In this document: piece by piece, positions 60,250-64,000 of the stretch
Numbering within the stretch: the first letter of the stretch is position 1
Layout: every line of letters begins with the position of its first letter
DNA from: Minisyncoccota bacterium
GTDB taxonomy: Bacteria; Patescibacteriota; Minisyncoccia; Phycocordibacterales; UBA9973
Length of the DNA stretch: 64,000 nt
Direction of reading: 5' to 3'
NCBI GenBank assembly: GCA_041663185.1
Contig: JBAZQY010000002.1
Coordinates: 10,629-74,628 of the forward strand
Position numbers and translations under genes: made by a program
Notes under the pieces: generated by a model
What the model was told of the DNA's origin: nothing
Databases searched by the model: none
The model's input: the letters and a program-made list of their open reading frames with translations, nothing else

Positions 60250-61032
60250 TTAATTAATTGATTCGTAAATGAAAGATATTATCTTTGCATTATTATTTCC
60301 GAGCAAGGTGCCAACAGTTATTTCAGGATTTTTGATAAAGAATTGATCCATCAACGTTTGTTCTTTGAAATATGTAGAGATTTTACCATCTAACATTTTT
60401 TTCTTAATTTCTTCTGGTTTATCAGATTCAGCTACTTCACGCTCAAAAACTTCTATCACTTTCTTTTTATCCTCTTCAGTGATTTCATCTGCTCTAGTAA
60501 AGGCTGGTTTCATTGCCGCTATGTGCATTGCAATATCACGAGCTAATTCTTTTGTTCCGCCAGAAAGAGAAACAATAACAGCACTTTTATTATTGTGAAT
60601 ATAATTTCCTAGGACATTTCCAGTTAATTCTTCTACTTTACCTAATTCAATTTTTTCACCAACCTTTTGAACAATTTCATTGATCATGTCTATAGATTTT
60701 GATTTCATTATTTCAACTCCTTCCTGAATTGCCAAATCTGCCAGACGGTTAGCTAGGCTTACAAAATCAGCATTTTTTGAAACGAAATCTGTTTCAGTAT
60801 GAAGAGCCAGTAGGAGTGTTTTGTTTTCAGTTTCTTTAACAACAATAATCCCATCTTTAGCGTTACGTTCTGCTTTTTTCATAGCAATACTACTGGATTT
60901 TTTCTTGAGAATAATAAGAGCTTTTTCCATATCACCCTCTGCTTCTTCGAGGGCGTTTTTGCATTGCATAACGGATACTCCAGTAGCTTCTCGTAATTCT
61001 TTAACTTGATCTGCTGTTATCTTTATAGACAT
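60250..61032 (-). CDS. tsf: Elongation factor Ts
   Basis: VKELREATGVSVMQCKNAL, ETDFVSKN, IAMHIAA. Confidence 0.95.
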   Translation of the reverse strand: MSIKITADQVKELREATGVSVMQCKNALEEAEGDMEKALIILKKKSSSIAMKKAERNAKDGIIVVKETENKTLLLALHTETDFVSKNADFVSLANRLADLAIQEGVEIMKSKSIDMINEIVQKVGEKIELGKVEELTGNVLGNYIHNNKSAVIVSLSGGTKELARDIAMHIAAMKPAFTRADEITEEDKKKVIEVFEREVAESDKPEEIKKKMLDGKISTYFKEQTLMDQFFIKNPEITVGTLLGNNNAKIISFIYESIN

Positions 61033-61081
61033 ATTTTTATTTTAGGCAATTGCCTTAGATTAAATTATTTTTTTCTTATAA

Positions 61082-61780
61082 TTATTTATCTGCTGATTGT
61101 GCACCACTTGAACCACTTGTGTAAGCTTCTTTAATTTTTAACAAAAAGAAAGAAATTGAAGAAATAGATGCATCGTTTGCGACAATAGGGAACTCCACCT
61201 GCTTCAAATTACAATCTGTGTTTAAGAGAGCGATAACTGGCAATTTCATTTTTTTAGCTTCTGTGACGGCGATGTGTTCTTTTTTAGGATCAATAACAAA
61301 TACAGCATCAGGAGTTTTGGTTATACCAGATAAGCCTTGGAAATTTCTTGTCATATCTTCCATTTCCTTATTAATGAGTAGTTGTTCTTTTTTAGTATAT
61401 TTATCAAGACCTCCTTTTTCTTTTTGATCTCGTAAATCTAAAAGTTTTACAATTCTTTTTTTGATTTCAGGGAAATTAGTCAATGATCCACCTACCCAGC
61501 GTTCTCCCACATATGGCATATTTAAAGCCAAAGCGGTCTCGATAATTTGCTGACGAGCCTCAGGCTTTGTGCCAACAAATAAAATTGTTTTACCACTTGA
61601 AGCTAATCGAGAAATCTCTCCGAGCGCTTTTTCTAGAAGTTCGTAAGTTTTCTCAATATTTATAATATCTATACCGTTTTTCGTAGTGAAAACATAAGGA
61701 GAAACTGATGGATGTCGACGACTTTTTGAATATCCATAATGAACTCCTGCTTGAAACATTTCTTCTATAATATTTTGCAT
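61082..61780 (-). CDS. rpsB: 30S ribosomal protein S2
   Basis: AGVHYG, ILFVGTK, RWVGGSLTNF, DTD-like NTDC, ANDA. Confidence 0.95.
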   Translation of the reverse strand: MQNIIEEMFQAGVHYGYSKSRRHPSVSPYVFTTKNGIDIINIEKTYELLEKALGEISRLASSGKTILFVGTKPEARQQIIETALALNMPYVGERWVGGSLTNFPEIKKRIVKLLDLRDQKEKGGLDKYTKKEQLLINKEMEDMTRNFQGLSGITKTPDAVFVIDPKKEHIAVTEAKKMKLPVIALLNTDCNLKQVEFPIVANDASISSISFFLLKIKEAYTSGSSGAQSADK

Positions 61781-61967
61781 ATTTTAATTCTATGATTTCC
61801 GCCCTCAAAGCGGATCCACTTTTAGTGGAAATTAATTATAATTGTTCCGTTTTTAAGCATTCCAGCTTATTTACAAGGGTCTTTTAAATAAAAAAACTCC
61901 TCACGGAACTAAGGAGTATAATACCAGAAAAAGCATTATTTTGCAAATTTATAAGCAATTTCTATTT

Positions 61968-62351
61968 TTATAAAGTTAGGGGTAAAATTAAATAATAATA
62001 CGTTATTGCAATAACAAACCAGTAAACAGAGAAAAGGGGACATACAAGCCCCATAAAATTAAAAGGTTCTTTAAAATAGTCCCATAAAAAAGTTTTTTTA
62101 ATTTTTAGGTATAAATATCCCGTAGTAAATTCTATTATTGTGGGAAATAAAAATATTGCAATTAATTTAATAATTAATAAAGTATCTAAAAAATAGATAA
62201 AAACAAGGAAGGCTCCAGTTATGCCATACATTTGATAGTTTATTAATTTTGGGATTATTATTTTTTTTGTTTTAAAAGAACGGTAAGTAAATTCCAATAA
62301 AAATCCTATAATAAATCCTAGTAATAAATTTAAAATAATTTTACTAAGCAT
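61968..62351 (-). CDS. Small multi-TM membrane protein (putative ABC-permease-like family)
   Basis: GFLLE, MYG, IEFTTG, LWDY, NFMGLVCP; start uncertain (ATG 62351 preferred). Confidence 0.6.
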   Translation of the reverse strand: MLSKIILNLLLGFIIGFLLEFTYRSFKTKKIIIPKLINYQMYGITGAFLVFIYFLDTLLIIKLIAIFLFPTIIEFTTGYLYLKIKKTFLWDYFKEPFNFMGLVCPLFSVYWFVIAITYYYLILPLTL

Positions 62352-62391
62352 AATAAAAATTATATCATAATTTTTAGGTAGTTTTAAGATC

Positions 62392-62425
62392 TTACCCAAC
62401 TTTCGCTATCGCATTTTTGGGGTAA
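62392..62425. repeat. 34-bp quasi-palindrome, upstream copy for PaaX-like gene 2
   Basis: TTACCC-N7-GCTATCGC-N7-GGGTAA. Confidence 0.78.
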
Positions 62426-62444
62426 AGTAGTATAATATAAAAAT

Positions 62445-62936
62445 ATGAGCGTAGAAAGAGAGATTCTTGAATATTTTAATCGTGATAAACCAGCCATCAA
62501 ATATAAGGGGATAAGGGTTAATTTGATGGGTTTACCTGATTTTAAATACTATAAATATCAAACTCTTGCGAATAAATTCTCTATACTAAGCAAGAAAGGT
62601 TTTGTAAAGAAAATGCCCAATGGAGAATATCTTATAACAATTAAAGGAAGAGCCTTTTTAGAAGAGGGAAAAGATATTTTAAAAAAATTTGAAACCGATA
62701 AAAATAAAAATTCACCGAAGAATTTACTTCTTGTGTATGATATAGAAGAAAATAGAAAAAAAGAAAGAGATTGGTTTCGTTACCACCTAAAAAAATTTCA
62801 TTTTATAATGATTCAGAGAAGTGTTTGGGTTGGTCCATCGCCACTTCCTAAAGAGTTCTCTGATTATTTAAAAGAAATAAAATTGGGTGATAATTTAAAG
62901 ACATTTAAACTCTCAAAAGGGTATGGAGAAAAATAG
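62445..62936 (+). CDS. wHTH plus PaaX-type Cas2-like domain protein
   Basis: YLITIKGR wing; LLVYDIEENRKKERDWFRYHLKKFHFIMIQRSVWV. Confidence 0.78.
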   Translation: MSVEREILEYFNRDKPAIKYKGIRVNLMGLPDFKYYKYQTLANKFSILSKKGFVKKMPNGEYLITIKGRAFLEEGKDILKKFETDKNKNSPKNLLLVYDIEENRKKERDWFRYHLKKFHFIMIQRSVWVGPSPLPKEFSDYLKEIKLGDNLKTFKLSKGYGEK

Positions 62937-62971
62937 TCCTTTTTTGTTTGTTTTTTAAACGATGATATAAT

Positions 62972-63005
62972 TTACCCGTTTTCTGCTATCGCGGAATCGG
63001 GGTAA
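62972..63005. repeat. 34-bp quasi-palindrome, downstream copy for PaaX-like gene 2
   Basis: TTACCC-N7-GCTATCGC-N7-GGGTAA; 24/34 identical to 62392-62425. Confidence 0.78.
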
Positions 63006-63119
63006 TTTTTATTAGTGAATTTTAATTTAATTTTTAATAACATATTTGAATTTTCACTATATTAATAATGGATATTTTGAATTGTAAAAATGCTATTTTT
63101 AGGGTAATATGGAGAATAT

Positions 63120-64000
63120 ATGAAACAATCACATTTGTTTACTAAAACCAAAAAAGAAAGCCCAAGCGATGAGGTTTCTCTAAATGCAGAGCTATTAATC
63201 AAGGCTGGATTTATAAATAAAGAAATGGCCGGAGTTTATTCTTATTTGCCACTTGGTTTGATGGTTATTAAAAAGATTGAGAATATTATCAGAGAGGAGA
63301 TGAATGCAATTGGTGGTACAGAAATGAAAACGAGTATTTTTCAGAATAAAGAAACTTGGGAGAAAACTGGCAGATGGAGCGATGACGTTGTTGATAATTG
63401 GTTTAAAACAAAATTAAAAAGTGGTGGAGAAGTTGGTTTATCATTTACAAATGAAGAAGCTTACTCAAACATTTTAAAGCAATATATAAATTCTTATAAA
63501 GATTTACCAATTTACCCTTATGACTTTAAAGATATTTTCAGGAATGAAACAAGAAGTAAATCTGGAATTTTGAGAGGCAGAGAGTTCTACTGGAAAGCTC
63601 TCTACTCTTTTTCTAAAAATGAAGAAGAGCATAATGAATTTTATGAGCGTGCAAAACTTGCGTATAAAAATATTTTTAATAGAGCAGGTATTGGACATTT
63701 AACTTACATGACTTTTGCCTCAGGTGGCACTTTTGCAAAATTCTCACACGAGTTTCAAACTCTGACTGGTGCTGGCGAGGATACTATTTATATTGATGAG
63801 GATAAGAATATTGCTATTAATAAAGAAGTTTATACAGATGAGGTCATTGAGAGTCTTGGTTTGAATAAGGATAGTCTGGTAGAGAAAAAAGCTATAGAAG
63901 TTGGCAATATTTTTTCATTGGGGACAAAGTTCTCCGAGCCATTTGATTTGAAATACAAGAATGAAAATGGAGAAGAAAAATTAGTTACAATGGGAAGCTA
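63120..64000 (+). CDS. proS: Proline-tRNA ligase (runs off the window end)
   Basis: MKQSHLFTKT...AGVYSYLPLG...FRNE...GILRGREF...SHEFQ...IEVGNIF; GGAG RBS at 63111. Confidence 0.92.
   Translation, partial: MKQSHLFTKTKKESPSDEVSLNAELLIKAGFINKEMAGVYSYLPLGLMVIKKIENIIREEMNAIGGTEMKTSIFQNKETWEKTGRWSDDVVDNWFKTKLKSGGEVGLSFTNEEAYSNILKQYINSYKDLPIYPYDFKDIFRNETRSKSGILRGREFYWKALYSFSKNEEEHNEFYERAKLAYKNIFNRAGIGHLTYMTFASGGTFAKFSHEFQTLTGAGEDTIYIDEDKNIAINKEVYTDEVIESLGLNKDSLVEKKAIEVGNIFSLGTKFSEPFDLKYKNENGEEKLVTMGS

Noticed and set aside
1-64000. Additional remote VR copies for the DGR
   Set aside because: None recognised by eye in gene 3' ends; a computational TR search is needed to exclude them

Overview
AT-rich bacterial chromosome segment. 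It is inferred to be Patescibacteria/CPR (Parcubacteria-like) from the NusB-NUDIX fusion, the short SMC, the trimmed PheS/PheT and the Lys-rich RpoD extension. Most of it is housekeeping: htpX, murI, pheST, gyrB, thrS, rpmF, nusB, rnc, smc, rnr, rpsP, khpA, trmD, rpoBC, dnaG, rpoD, tsf, rpsB, proS, tRNA-Ser(GGA) and tRNA-Thr(UGU). Main accessory signals: (1) A complete diversity-generating retroelement (DGR) sits between rpsP and khpA. VR 43369-43490 and TR 43840-43961 differ at 16 positions, all TR adenines. Its avd gene is inverted, and a G10 tract between avd and rt could act as an ON/OFF switch. (2) Two wHTH/PaaX-Cas2-like genes are each bracketed by their own pair of 34-bp quasi-palindromes. 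(3) An AbiE-type toxin-antitoxin pair has a palindrome-dense upstream region. (4) An 11-kb surface-protein cluster combines pilin/WxL-like, dockerin and cohesin-like genes. (5) GC-rich mini-elements are inserted in frame in genes and next to tRNA-Thr. (6) Many genes have leaderless-type promoters. Product calls come from motif recognition by eye; no database searches were run.
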